A stretch of DNA of 64,000 bases from Octopus sinensis (lineage: Eukaryota), in NCBI RefSeq assembly GCF_006345805.1, contig NC_042999.1, forward strand, positions 38,316,001 to 38,380,000, in the 5' to 3' direction. This document shows, piece after piece, positions 12,495 to 24,389 of the stretch (position 1 is its first letter; the number at the start of each line of letters is the position of its first letter). The translations under genes were made by a program, and so were the position numbers. The notes below the pieces were generated by a model. The model was not told the DNA's origin. It did not search any database and worked only from the letters and a program-made list of their open reading frames with translations.

Positions 12495-12655
12495 GAAGGG
12501 CTTCTTTTAGCTTCCGTCTACCAAATCCACTCACAAGGCTTTGGTCGGCCAGAGGCTACAGTAGTCATTTGCCCAAAGTGTCATGTAGTGGGACTGAACC
12601 CGGGACCATGTGGCTAGTAAGCAAGCTACTTACCATTCAGCCACTTCTGTGCCTA
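12231..12655 (-). mobile_element. tRNA-derived SINE family B
   Basis: Minus strand tRNA-like head (gggttcagtcccac), cttgggcaa-type core, internal (TACA)/(CA)/(TA) tract, conserved tail. Confidence 0.9.
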
Positions 12656-12659
12656 TATA

Positions 12660-12842
12660 TTTTGGAAGGAGGCCAGTCAATTAGATCGACATCAATACGC
12701 AACTGGTACTTAATTTATCGAACCGCAAAAGATGAAAGGCAAAGTCGACCACGGCGGAATTTGAACTCAGAACATTAAGACAGACGAAATACCTCTAAGC
12801 TTTTCGCCCGGCGTGCTAACGTTTCTGCCAGCTTGCCGCCTT
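12660..12842 (-). mobile_element. SINE family A
   Basis: Aligns to 3540-3719 including the tRNA-like head. Confidence 0.88.
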
Positions 12843-13266
12843 TCTGATTTTAAAATATTGTACAGTTTTTAATTAATTTTGTTGATTGTAGGTTTAGGAA
12901 TGTTCATAAGTGTCTTTAAGCATAAAGAACATTTTTTTTGTAGGATAGTGTATACATCAAGACTACTATATACCAATCAATTTTGATAATATTTCTCATA
13001 ATTTCTTTTTCATTTCTTCATGCTTTCTCATTCACTCCTGAAGTTTGATTGGGGTTTTAATTATATATGGTTCAGACAGATAATCTAAAATGTATTCACA
13101 GATACCAGCAAGCGTTTTGTACCTACTATTTTGATGCGGTATAGTTGTTGTGTTTTCTTCCCATCAATCTGTCAACGTTATCCGTGTCGCATAGCTATTC
13201 ACTGAATCGTAACTTTGAACTGAATTCTGGAATGCCGTCTTCCATTTCATTGCACTCACACAAACA

Positions 13267-13345
<79 letters not shown>

Positions 13346-14267
13346 TCCGATATACATATATGTATGTGTATATATATATAAATATATGTACATACATGCA
13401 TACATACATATTTACACATATATTAATAATATCCAGGTAATAAAGATTTTAGAAATTTTTACTACCAGTGGCCTAGCTTATAGAAAAAATTAGTCAATAG
13501 ACTTTATATTATTCATATGAATAATATATAGTCTATTGATTAATTTTTTTCTATACGCTAGACCACTGGTATTAAAAATTTCTAAAATCATTATTACCCT
13601 GATATTATTGATTATGAATAATGATTTCTTCAAAATTCGTTCGAAGAAATTACCTGCATTTTTTGCTGCTGACAAAAAAACTGCACTTACGCGGTGAATT
13701 TGAAGAAGTAAAACTTATAAGGAAGAGACACATGCTAAATTGGCCTCGTGTTTATATGTTTAATGCTGGCTTACCTGTTGACGAAGACTTCGTCTGTCAA
13801 ATTATTTTATTTGCTGAAAAAAGTCAGAAACCATGTCCCAGGTTTTAGATGGTAAATATTTTTATTTTTCATTCCCTTCGAGAATATATCCCTAAGTAGT
13901 GGTTTGGAATTTAGCTGTCCCTTCTAGCGTAAGGAAGTCCTATGATGGATACCTCATAAGGTGGTTAAACGTACACTGTATTCTATACACACACGCATAT
14001 GCATATATATATATACATACACATATACATACATAAATACATACATATATGTATGTATATATATATATATATATATGATATATATATATATGTATATTGG
14101 TAAAAACGGTAAGATAACAAAAGAAAGGAAGAGACCCCAATATTATGTGTACGTATGAACAGGCATACTTACGTGTTTACTATGAACATTTAACCTTATC
14201 TGTGTTATAGCGGACTATAACACAGTAATTTCTCTTTGTATAACGGTCTTTTTTCATAGCGTTTTTC

Positions 14268-14330
14268 AGATAACCGAAGAGATGGTGGTGTGGATTTCCA
14301 CCTCGGCATCCGAAACTCAGAGTTTTATCT
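14268..14330 (+). ncRNA. Near-intact type I hammerhead motif in a PLE-type terminal fragment
   Basis: AGAUAA-CCGAAGA-GAUG..CAUCC-GAAA-CUC-A-GAG-UU^UUAUCU; 6-bp stem I, one core substitution (U4C), stem II slightly damaged. Confidence 0.7.
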
Positions 14331-14363
14331 TGGCTACCGAATAATTGTCACATATTATTTTAC

Positions 14364-14401
<38 letters not shown>

Positions 14402-14454
14402 CTGAGTTTAGAGAAATGCGTACTTACATATAAGAGAAAGGGGACGTACGTCGC

Positions 14455-14510
<56 letters not shown>

Positions 14511-14586
14511 ATATATATATATATATGTATATATATAATATATATGTATATATATATATATATATATATGTACATATATATATATG

Positions 14587-14640
<54 letters not shown>

Positions 14641-14645
14641 TATAA

Positions 14646-14727
<82 letters not shown>

Positions 14728-14749
14728 ATATATATGTATATATTTATAT

Positions 14750-14875
14750 ACAATACAAAAATGGGACAAGAACGCAAAACATTCAGAAGACAATTCAAAT
14801 AACACGGACGGGTCATTCGAAGCCTTCAATCTTCAGTTAAAAACCGGATCATCCTCGCAGTTTCGGCTGGACCGT
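14750..14875 (-). mobile_element. PLE-type terminal repeat fragment
   Basis: Reverse complement homologous to 9241-9310 and 9800-9960; abuts (TA)n. Confidence 0.55.
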
Positions 14876-15210
14876 ATATTTACGCTATTATTGATGACGT
14901 AAAATTTCAGATGGAATTAAATGGAATTTCATATAATTCATTTTATTAATCTTCAGTATTGTTAACAAACATATGCTTAAATACTTGATATGTTTAGCTA
15001 TCTTCTCTTTCACACTTTATAACGTTCTCTCCATTCACTCATTTTTATCTATCATTCTGTAATACTTATACCTTAACTACTATAACACCATCAATGCAGT
15101 ATTCAGTATCATATTTGCACAATCATAAATATGTTGAATGTGTTTATATCAATATATATATATATATAACTTCAACATTACAAATAAAGAACCAAGTCCC
15201 CCCCCCCCCA

Positions 15211-18200
15211 ATGGAGAACACTACAGCGAAACAGAAAATTCGCTTTTTGGAAAATGATACAAAATCAGAATAAAGCAGAGATTTACCAAAAATGGCTAGA
15301 CTCAACACCCCTAGTCATACCCCGTAAATTACAAATCAAACCCATCTCGGAAGAACCAGAAGAACAAAGAAAACTTAGAGAAAAAATGTCATTAGAAAAA
15401 ATGAAGATGGAAATAGAACTACTTAAGCTGAGAGCTAAAACGAATGAAGAAAAAGTAAAAACCATAGACGAGGAAATCAACGAAGAAGTCATCAAACTAA
15501 TAGACAACAATACTGAAACATTAACAGCACTATGGAATGAAGAATGTGAAAAAGAGGAACTTAAGTCCCTCCAACGATGGGAAAAGAGCGCCATCTGGTT
15601 TCTAGATTATGAAACCAACTTCAAAAATGAACACATATCCAACAACCCCTTCATAAAATTAAGCAAATCAAAACCAAATACCAATAGAACGGAACAACCA
15701 CCAAGAAATCCTACCACACTCTACACCAGAAAAGTACACCTAAAACACACCCCACACTACCTACACCAACCCCAAAACACCTACAGAGGCCCACCACACC
15801 AGTTCGAAAATAGACATACCAACAGAGCAGAACAACCACCAAGAAATCCAAACACACTCTACACCAGAAAAATGCATTTAAAACACACCCCACACTACCT
15901 ACACCAACCCCAAAACACTTATGGGTCCCACCACACCATTCCACGAACCTAAGAGCCACAACATACAATACTATAAAATACAACCCACATAACCAAACCA
16001 AAACGCTACTACCAAACATCCACCCCAGGAACCAACCATACTACCATAACAAACAACAAATGCACTACGGAGGAAACAACTACCAATACAATACACCTGA
16101 GGAACTAAGACGTAACACTAGGTTCAACAACAGACTCCAGAACAGAGCACCACAAACTCACTCTGACAATTATAACAACATGAGACAGATAAATAATAGC
16201 TTTGAACATAACTACACCAACCATTTTTTAGACCCCACACACAGGAACAGGGACACACGATGGCAAAGGACAAACAAAAGAAACCTCAGGTAATTAAGAT
16301 AATCAATCTCTCAAACAAAGAACTTACACATAACGAAATAAGCATACTCTCCAAAGGACTTAAATTTACACCCACCCCACAACGTTCTAATTATTATGAA
16401 ATGAAAGATGATATTTCGGAATTTTGCAGAAAACTAAGACTCACCGAGGCATTTCAAGACAAAGAAATAGAGGAGGACTCAATAGCTAGAAACAAGAGCA
16501 ATTACACCCCCACCAAAGGTAAGAATAAAGCCTTAGACCGCTATTGTGACTACATAACTAATTTCCCGTTTCAATTCATCAAGAAACAAAAACACAGCCC
16601 TAACTTCAACAAAAGAGAATGGAACGACCTCATCAAACTAAGAGAAGACAAAACAATAACAATTAAGGAGGCAGATAAGGGCAACGCGATAGTAATAATG
16701 AATACAAACAATTATAAAAATTTAGTGCTATCCCTATTAAGAGATGAAACGTATTATGAAAGGGCCCAACAGTATAACCAGCAAAAAATAATGCATAACC
16801 TTAGGACATTAATCAACACATACCAAGAAGGACTCACGAACAAGGAGTATGATACATCACTAACTTCAAATGCAAATCGAGTTTGTTCTATGGTATCCCT
16901 AAGGTACACAAAAGCCAAACCATTAGAGAAACGTGCAAAACATCCACCGACACACTCATCAAAATCCCTTCACCAAATGATCTTAAACTAAGACCGATAA
17001 TAGCAGGGCCAGCATGTGAAACTCACCGCCTCAGCAATTTCTTAGACACACTTCTTAAACCTTTCCTAAAACACATCAAAAGCTACGTAAGAGACGATAT
17101 AGATATGCTCAACCACCTCCCTAAAACAGTCAATGAGAAAACCCTTCTAGTATCATTCGACGTAGTTAATCTTTATTCTAACATCCCTCACAACCTAGGA
17201 ATAGAAGCAATCACCTTCTGGCTGAATAACTACCCCTTTGAACTCCCAACTCGCATAAACAAAGACCTTATAATAGAAGGACTTAGATTCATTTTAGAGA
17301 ACAATTATTTTATTTTTGACAATGATTTCTACAGGCAAAGATCGGGAACAGCGATGGCACGCGTACTGCACCATCTTTTGCCAACCTAGTGATGGGATAC
17401 CTCGAGAAAATACTATACCGGATGACACTCGAGAAATATGGAAACACCTTCGCCACCTATATCCATAACAACTGGAAAAGATACCTCGATGACTGTTCAT
17501 CATCTGGGACAAAGGCATAGAGAAACTTGAGGAATTTAAAATTCTATTAAATGGAATAAATGACAATAATACAATTCACGATGGACCACAACGAAAAAGA
17601 ATTACCATTTTTAGACATCCTCATTAAGATAACCGGCAACAAAATAGAGACAGATATCTACTATAAACCGACAGACTCTAAACAGTACCTACCCTTTGAT
17701 TCATGCCACCCACGACACACTAGAATGAATGTCCCTTTTTGTTTAGCTAGAAGGATTTGCACCATAATATCAGACACAAACACCCGACACACACGTCTCC
17801 AGGAACTTAGAACCACACTCACAAATAAAAACTATCCACAGCCCCTAATAGACAGTGCAATCCAACGGGTATTTAAATTAAGTATAGAAGACCTGAGACA
17901 AACAAAACCAAAAAAGAAGAACAATTAAAAACCCTTCCCTACATCTCTACACACAACCCACTCAACAATGAGGCCTTCAACACCATACTACAAAGCACAG
18001 CCCTACTAAAGGGAGACCCAAAGATGAACCGGATCCTCGAAACACACACCATCATTAAAAGTAAACGGCAACCAAAATCCTTGAAAAGGATTTTAACCCA
18101 AGCTACACTGCACTCAACATCAACCACAAAACCAGCAGTTAGAAAATGTGGAAGGCCCAACTGCGGAATCTGTGTCATCTTGAAAGAAGGATCAGAATTA

Positions 18201-18527
18201 TACTGGAACAAGGCCACCAGTTCACCATTAGAACAAACTTCACCTGCGCATCAGAAAACTTAATTTACGTCATAACATGCGCAGGCTGCAATAGGCAGTA
18301 TAGGCCATACAAAAAATAGCTTACGTAACAGGATGGCGGTGCATAAATCACAAATTAGAAACCCTGATTACCGCAAAATACCGGTCAGCGGACACATAGA
18401 TAGATGTGCTGGAAATGTAAATCCGAAATTTACAACTAACCCGCTCTATAAATTCAGTGACAATGCAACCTTCACACAACGCCAAAATAAAGAACTATAT
18501 TTCATAAAAAAATTTAGACCAAGTTAA
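15211..18527 (+). pseudogene. Frameshifted PLE ORF: reverse transcriptase + CxxxxCxxC + GIY-YIG endonuclease
   Basis: LKLRPIIAG, LLVSFDVVNLYSNIP, FYRQRSGTAM, WKRYLDD (YLDD 17482-17493), LPFLDILI, TDIYYKPTDSKQYLPFDSCHP, CGRPNCGIC, LIYVITCAGCNRQY/GHT, spread over at least 6 frame segments. Confidence 0.95.
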
Positions 18528-18717
18528 ACACCCTGGGCCAGGAATACTAAAACAAAAGATAAGTCCTCCGAAAAGGAGAACCAAATTTCACCACGGCCGC
18601 TACTTCAAACAGACACTCACTCTGACGGAAATATGCCTTAGTAAAAAGGGGAAAAAAAATTCTTTCGTGCAAATCTGACCCTGATACATACGATACAGCT
18701 AAGGGTCAGACCCGATT

Positions 18718-19165
18718 CTGATTGGTCAACAAGTTGATGACGTCTAGCTCTGCTAGAATGGACAGGATACAAACGGGACAGTCATTAGTCAGAATATTGA
18801 TGACGTCTTTTCTGCTTGAATAGTCACCTAACAAGTACAGACAGGGGGCAGATCTAATGTAGCTATAAGTCGTGATTGGGCAGAATCTGGATGACATCCC
18901 GCTATGCTTGACTAACGAAGCGACTGGTCAAGACAGGAAACAAACAAGAGGGAGTTATAATGCAGCGATTGGTCAAAATAATGATGACGTCCCGTTCCAC
19001 TTGATTAAAGCCACCTAACGAAACGATTGGTCAAAACATTGATGACGTCACGCTACGCTAGATTGACCACCTAACAGGCATTATAAAACCAAGCATTTCA
19101 CAAAAAATCACTAGAACCACCCAGCGAACTTCCACCATGGGTCATCACAATTGCTTAAGGTAAAA
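18718..19165 (+). promoter_or_regulatory. Putative Pol II promoter in the PLE 3' repeat: 5x ATTGG-N12-TGACGTC, TATA, Inr-like, Kozak ATG, splice donor
   Basis: ATTGG or variant at 18721, 18784, 18875, 18968, 19026, each 12 nt before TGACGTC or variant; TATAAAA 19082; TCACT 19108; caccATGG 19137; AAG/GTAAAA 19160. Confidence 0.6.
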
Positions 19166-19420
19166 ATGAATTCCTCGCTCTTTCGGAAACATCAATCTTC
19201 TGTATTGACCGCTTTCCACCACTTTGATCTGTTTTTGTATTGAATACGTATCGCCACCGTGGGCCACTGCATCGAACACTTTGAACATATACTTCAAACT
19301 ATATATCAACTATACATGAACTATATATCAACTATACATGAACTCTAAGATGTCTGACTCCGTTGTGTATTATAAATGAATTTCTTGTGTTTGACGGCAT
19401 GAGCTGTCTCTTTTTATATA

Positions 19421-19470
19421 TAACTTTTTTTGATAAGGTTCATTTCAGGAACTGAAACATGTTATAATGT
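19421..19470 (+). ncRNA. Degenerate hammerhead remnant in the PLE 3' end
   Basis: UUGAUAA-GGUUC(auuucag)GAACU-GAAAC-AU-GUU; stem II and palindromic stem III kept, core mutated at 2 positions. Confidence 0.5.
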
Positions 19471-19525
19471 ATATATAAAAATAAAAAATTGTATAATACA
19501 GCAGCATTTTCGAACTTCATTTTTT

Positions 19526-19600
<75 letters not shown>

Positions 19601-19662
19601 TAGGGAGTAAATCCAAACTTACAGGGAAAAATTAGATTTAGGATTAAATCCAATTTTACAGT

Positions 19663-19968
19663 ATAAATATAAATATAAATTAAATTAGAGATAAAACCAC
19701 TATTAGGCAAATCAAACAGTGAAAAACATAAACCCAAACATTGAAATAAAATTATTTAATATAATATACAAAATATATAAAAAATAAAATTCAAAATTTA
19801 AATTATTTAAATAACTTTAAATTTAAATAATTTAAATTTTGAATTCTGTTTCTTTATATATTTTGTATATTATATTAATTAGTTTTATTTCTATATTTTG
19901 GTTTATGTTTTTCACTGTTTGATTCGCCTAATAGTGGTTTTATCTCTAATTTAATTTATATTTATATA
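19663..19968. repeat. AT-rich fold-back palindrome, about 145-bp arms, 8-nt spacer
   Basis: 19663-19812 is the reverse complement of 19821-19968 with scattered mismatches; flanked by (TA)n. Confidence 0.85.
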
Positions 19969-20000
19969 TAGACATATATATATATATATATATATTATAT

Positions 20001-20039
<39 letters not shown>

Positions 20040-20761
20040 TGTGGTATTAATGGTTTTTTTTAAAGAACGCCTGCGTTCAAGAAAAAACACTTAAGCTAAA
20101 ACACTAATTTGTCGTAGTAAGCCTGCACGTAGAAATGTGACTACCTTTTGAAATTCTCTCCGTGGAAATACCCAGTCGATTGGTTTAGAATATGAAAATT
20201 TGAATTGAATTTTATTTCTGTAATTGAATCGATTAGGTGTGGAAACAGCCGTAGGCAAGAATTTCTCTGTGTGAATTTGAATGTCTTTAAGGAAATAACA
20301 ACTGTAAGTCGATTTTATCCATTTTCTTCATTTTCATCATTTTCATCATTTTCTTCATTTTCTCATTCACACACACACATATGTATATATATGTATGTAG
20401 GGAGGCATGTATATGTTTTTATGTGTGTGTGTGTGTGTGTGTGTTGTGTGTGTGTGTGTACATAAAATACAAACTTCAGGTCTTACTAGACGTTATTTTC
20501 CACAATTGGACTGAAAAGAATCGGTTTCTGCTGTCACTAAATGCGTGTTTTTCAAAGCAAAATTGCTGTACAACAGCATTATATACTGTTAATCAGTTCT
20601 TTTCCAGCTTTTAATGAGCACACATTTTCACACCATGTTGCCTGTTTGTGTGTTTGTCATTCTATTTATTTATCTATCTGCTTATCTATCTATCTATCAA
20701 TCGATCAATCTCTGTACGGCCACACACTTAGTGTGTTTTTTCTGTGGCTCTCTCTCCCTCT

Positions 20762-20800
20762 CTGATGAACGTACTTGTTACGTACGTGAAACTATTAGTA
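20762..20800 (+). ncRNA. Hammerhead-like core lacking stem I
   Basis: CUGAUGA-ACGUAC(uuguuac)GUACGU-GAAA-CUA-U-UAG-UA; no flanking complementarity. Confidence 0.4.
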
Positions 20801-20889
20801 GTGCTTGAAATACATGTAGGGTGAAACACATACATTAATATCGAACTCTCATTAGATAGAGCTTTCTTCTTGTTGACCTTTCCATGCAG

Positions 20890-21230
<341 letters not shown>

Positions 21231-21485
21231 ATATATATGCACATATGTACATATACATGTATGCATATAAATCTATATAGCTATGCATATAATTATGAAG
21301 CATAAAGATTTGTTTCGTGTATTTGAAATTGTATGCACTGACGTAGTTACTTGAATATGGATTCGCATATATTCTAGTCATGCAGATCTTGAATGCGCAA
21401 ATTTATAAATTCTTCAACGTGTAGATTTAATGTGGTAGTTATATAGACACGTAGATATAACCGTTTTTCCAAATAAATAAATAAG

Positions 21486-21560
<75 letters not shown>

Positions 21561-22472
21561 TATATATATGTGTATGTGTGTGTGTTTCTGTGTGTGCGTG
21601 TGTGTATGTATAAATTATATATATATATATATATATATTCTGTTGTATGTAAGTGTGCATATTAACTTGCAAGATTCTAAATCGTATCTTAATATTTCCT
21701 TACAATTCTCTAGCGTTGTTGGATATGCAATTTGTCGTAAGATTTTTAAAGGTTTTCTTCAAAATCTCACAGATTTATAGATTTATTTTCATAATTTTTG
21801 AAGGAAAAGATGCGAAAACATGAATCCCCAAAATAAAAAAAATATGTGAAAAATAAGAAACGGTAAATGATGTTTCTGACTATGAAATTGTCGCAATTGT
21901 AATAATATATCGCCAAAAAAATTCTTGCAGTTTCTAATACTGTTTTATTAATATTCACACGAGCAATATACCATTTTTCTGGCTCGATTACTATACAGTT
22001 TTACTATATTTTTTCAGTTATCTTTTTCTCTTTCTTTCTCCCTCACAACCATACATATCTGTATAAGTATATACGCGGTGTGTTAATATCTTTTAACGTA
22101 TGTGCGTGTGTATGAGTGAATGTATGTATACTGATGTTTATATGGTTCCCTCTGTAAACTGTAATACAAGATAAATATATTGAGTACTCACTTTGAGTAG
22201 TTGATTAACATAATATAGTTTCTCTTTGTGTTTGAAAAATCTCGACAATATTGCAGTATTTTTCGTGGGAAATTTAATTATCAGATGATATGATTGCAAA
22301 GCATTGTCATGAATATATACATGCTTGCACACAAACATCCCCCCACACATACACTCTCTCTCTCTCTCTCTCTCTTACACACATAGACACACACACGCAC
22401 GCGCATACACACATGTATACATATATACACATACAAATAATCATACATACATGAGTTTATTTCTTAGTGATG

Positions 22473-22818
22473 CAAGCTACACACTGCGTTTTGTCACGGA
22501 GACCATATCTTGTGTGTTGACAAATGGTGTGTATACAACTAGATCAGCTTTCAGCGCCACCTATCTAAACTGTGAGATGCTAGCATTTCAGAGGAGGCAG
22601 TTGACGCTACGAGCTGATTAAAGAAATGGACACTCCTATGCTTTTCTCCGTAAGTAAAATACGGAGGCGTAGCATCGTCAGCCTAGTTTCTGTGATCGAA
22701 TAGGAGATAACAACTCCGAAATGCTAGCATCGCACAGTCTAAGTGGGTGGCGCTGCAAGCAGATCTAGGCATAAACACACCATTTGTTAACAAGCGTCAA
22801 AACGTAGTGAGTAGCTTG
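22473..22818. mobile_element. MITE-like nested fold-back element
   Basis: Outer arms caagctac.cact.cgttttg, main arms 22516-22600 vs 22713-22792 (roughly 80% by eye), inner hairpin ctccgta/tacggag. Confidence 0.65.
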
Positions 22819-22849
22819 TTCTACAGTTCGAACGTGCATAAAACAGAAG

Positions 22850-22965
22850 ACAAGACAGGTGTATGTACAACAAGCCGGTGTATCAAATTTCCCGCTAGGA
22901 AATGTGAGAAAAGTCTTTTACGTTTCGAGCCTACGCTCTTGAACAGAAAAAATAAGAGAAATTAT
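22850..22965 (-). mobile_element. PLE-type terminal fragment with degenerate minimal HHR
   Basis: Minus strand CUGUUCA-A-GAG(cguagg)CUC-GAAAC-GUA; same family as 32540 and 48140. Confidence 0.5.
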
Positions 22966-22997
22966 ACACAGAGAGGGAGATAGATAGATAGATAAGT

Positions 22998-23037
<40 letters not shown>

Positions 23038-23251
23038 GTGTGGATATAGCGCTCAAATATGTATATGTTTGTGAATGTGCGTGCATGTATGTGTGTACAA
23101 TTTGCCTGTGACTTCAAAGTTTTGTATCGTAAAGTGAAACCTAAAATCATAGTCAAAACAATAAAAATACGCGTCATTAGGGTCTTTGCTTAATAAATAT
23201 TGACTGTCATAGATTCCTTCATATACTGAGACACAGACACACACATAAATG

Positions 23252-23283
<32 letters not shown>

Positions 23284-23317
23284 CCCATGGTGGGTTGAAT
23301 TTTTCAACCCCTATCTC

Positions 23318-23361
<44 letters not shown>

Positions 23362-23811
23362 CTTGTTTCGCTTGCCCACTCACTCGTATATGCATTATCT
23401 TGCCTATGAACGTTATTCACTGATGTTCATTACAAAGACACGCAGATGAAATCTGAAATAATAAAACTACATTGAAATTCAGTGATTGTTTCCCGAATTA
23501 CCTTCATATACAAGCAGTGAATTAGCGAAAGGAGTGTGTATAAATGATTCTCAACGCGCAAGTGCCAGAAGCTGTGTAATTCAGATTGAGAGAATACCAT
23601 TAACTTAATAGATGGTGAACTTTGAGTAACATCGCACAAGACTTTAAACTGTCATGAACTATAAAGACAATTAAGAAATATATTCACATTACGATTCATT
23701 TATTTATTAATATATACTTGTACGAATGCGTTATGTAATTCTATTAGTTTTAATTTAGTGGGTGTCAAAACCCATATAAACAGTTCCTATGCTCACAGCT
23801 GTGTTTCATGT

Positions 23812-23955
23812 CACAGGCGCAGCTAATAAGATGTTTGCTTCTCAACCACTTGGTTCCGAGTGCTATTCCGTTGCCTTACAACATCGGCAATTGTCGACTA
23901 TATGCTCGGGCAAACCAAACATTTGAGAATATGTTTAGTAGAATGAAACTGAATG
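23812..23955 (+). mobile_element. Highly diverged SINE B 5' part
   Basis: caggcgcagct..gcttctcaaccacttggttccgagt.. resembles the family B head. Confidence 0.45.
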
Positions 23956-23984
23956 AAAAATAGCCGAAAATCTTCAAAAACCTC

Positions 23985-24255
23985 TTGCTACTTTTAATAG
24001 AATTGTAGTGCAATTCAAAAGCCAAGGAAAATAATCAACAGTTTCTCGTACCGGCCGACCTGGGTCCTCGGAAAGGAAGCTTCGCTGTTTGCAGAGAATT
24101 GTGGAAAATGAACCCCATTCGAAGGCTTCTGGCATTGCAAAACAGCTTGAAGTTAGTGCAAGAATGTTTGTTAAATTATCTACATAAACTTGGGTATTAT
24201 GAATGAGCAGTTAGAAGAAAACCTCCTTCAACCAATTAATATAGAATAAAAGATT
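23985..24255 (+). pseudogene. Tc1 transposase N-terminal fragment
   Basis: Translates RTGRP..LQRIVENEPHSKASGIAKQLEVS..YLHKLGYY..RRKP; homologous to the reverse complement of 53200-53400. Confidence 0.7.
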
Positions 24256-24318
24256 TTGAAAATTGAAGGTGTCTGTTTACTTCCTGCATGTCTGTATATA
24301 TATACATATACATATATA

Positions 24319-24389
<71 letters not shown>

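Larger units (their letters stand above)
15211..19530 (+). mobile_element. Penelope-like retroelement, near full length (C-terminal GIY-YIG type)
   Basis: RT and GIY-YIG motifs in order, about 1 kb 3' non-coding region with promoter motifs and an HHR remnant, ends in (TA)n. Confidence 0.95.

Noticed and set aside
13775-13813. Strong minus-strand acceptor/donor pair (39 nt)
   Set aside because: Stops in all three frames; cannot be supported as a coding exon, and there is no evidence for a UTR exon
20236-20302. Possible plus-strand exon (CGNSRRQEFLCVNLNVFKEITT) with gtaagt donor
   Set aside because: Weak acceptor, no partner exons or recognisable homology
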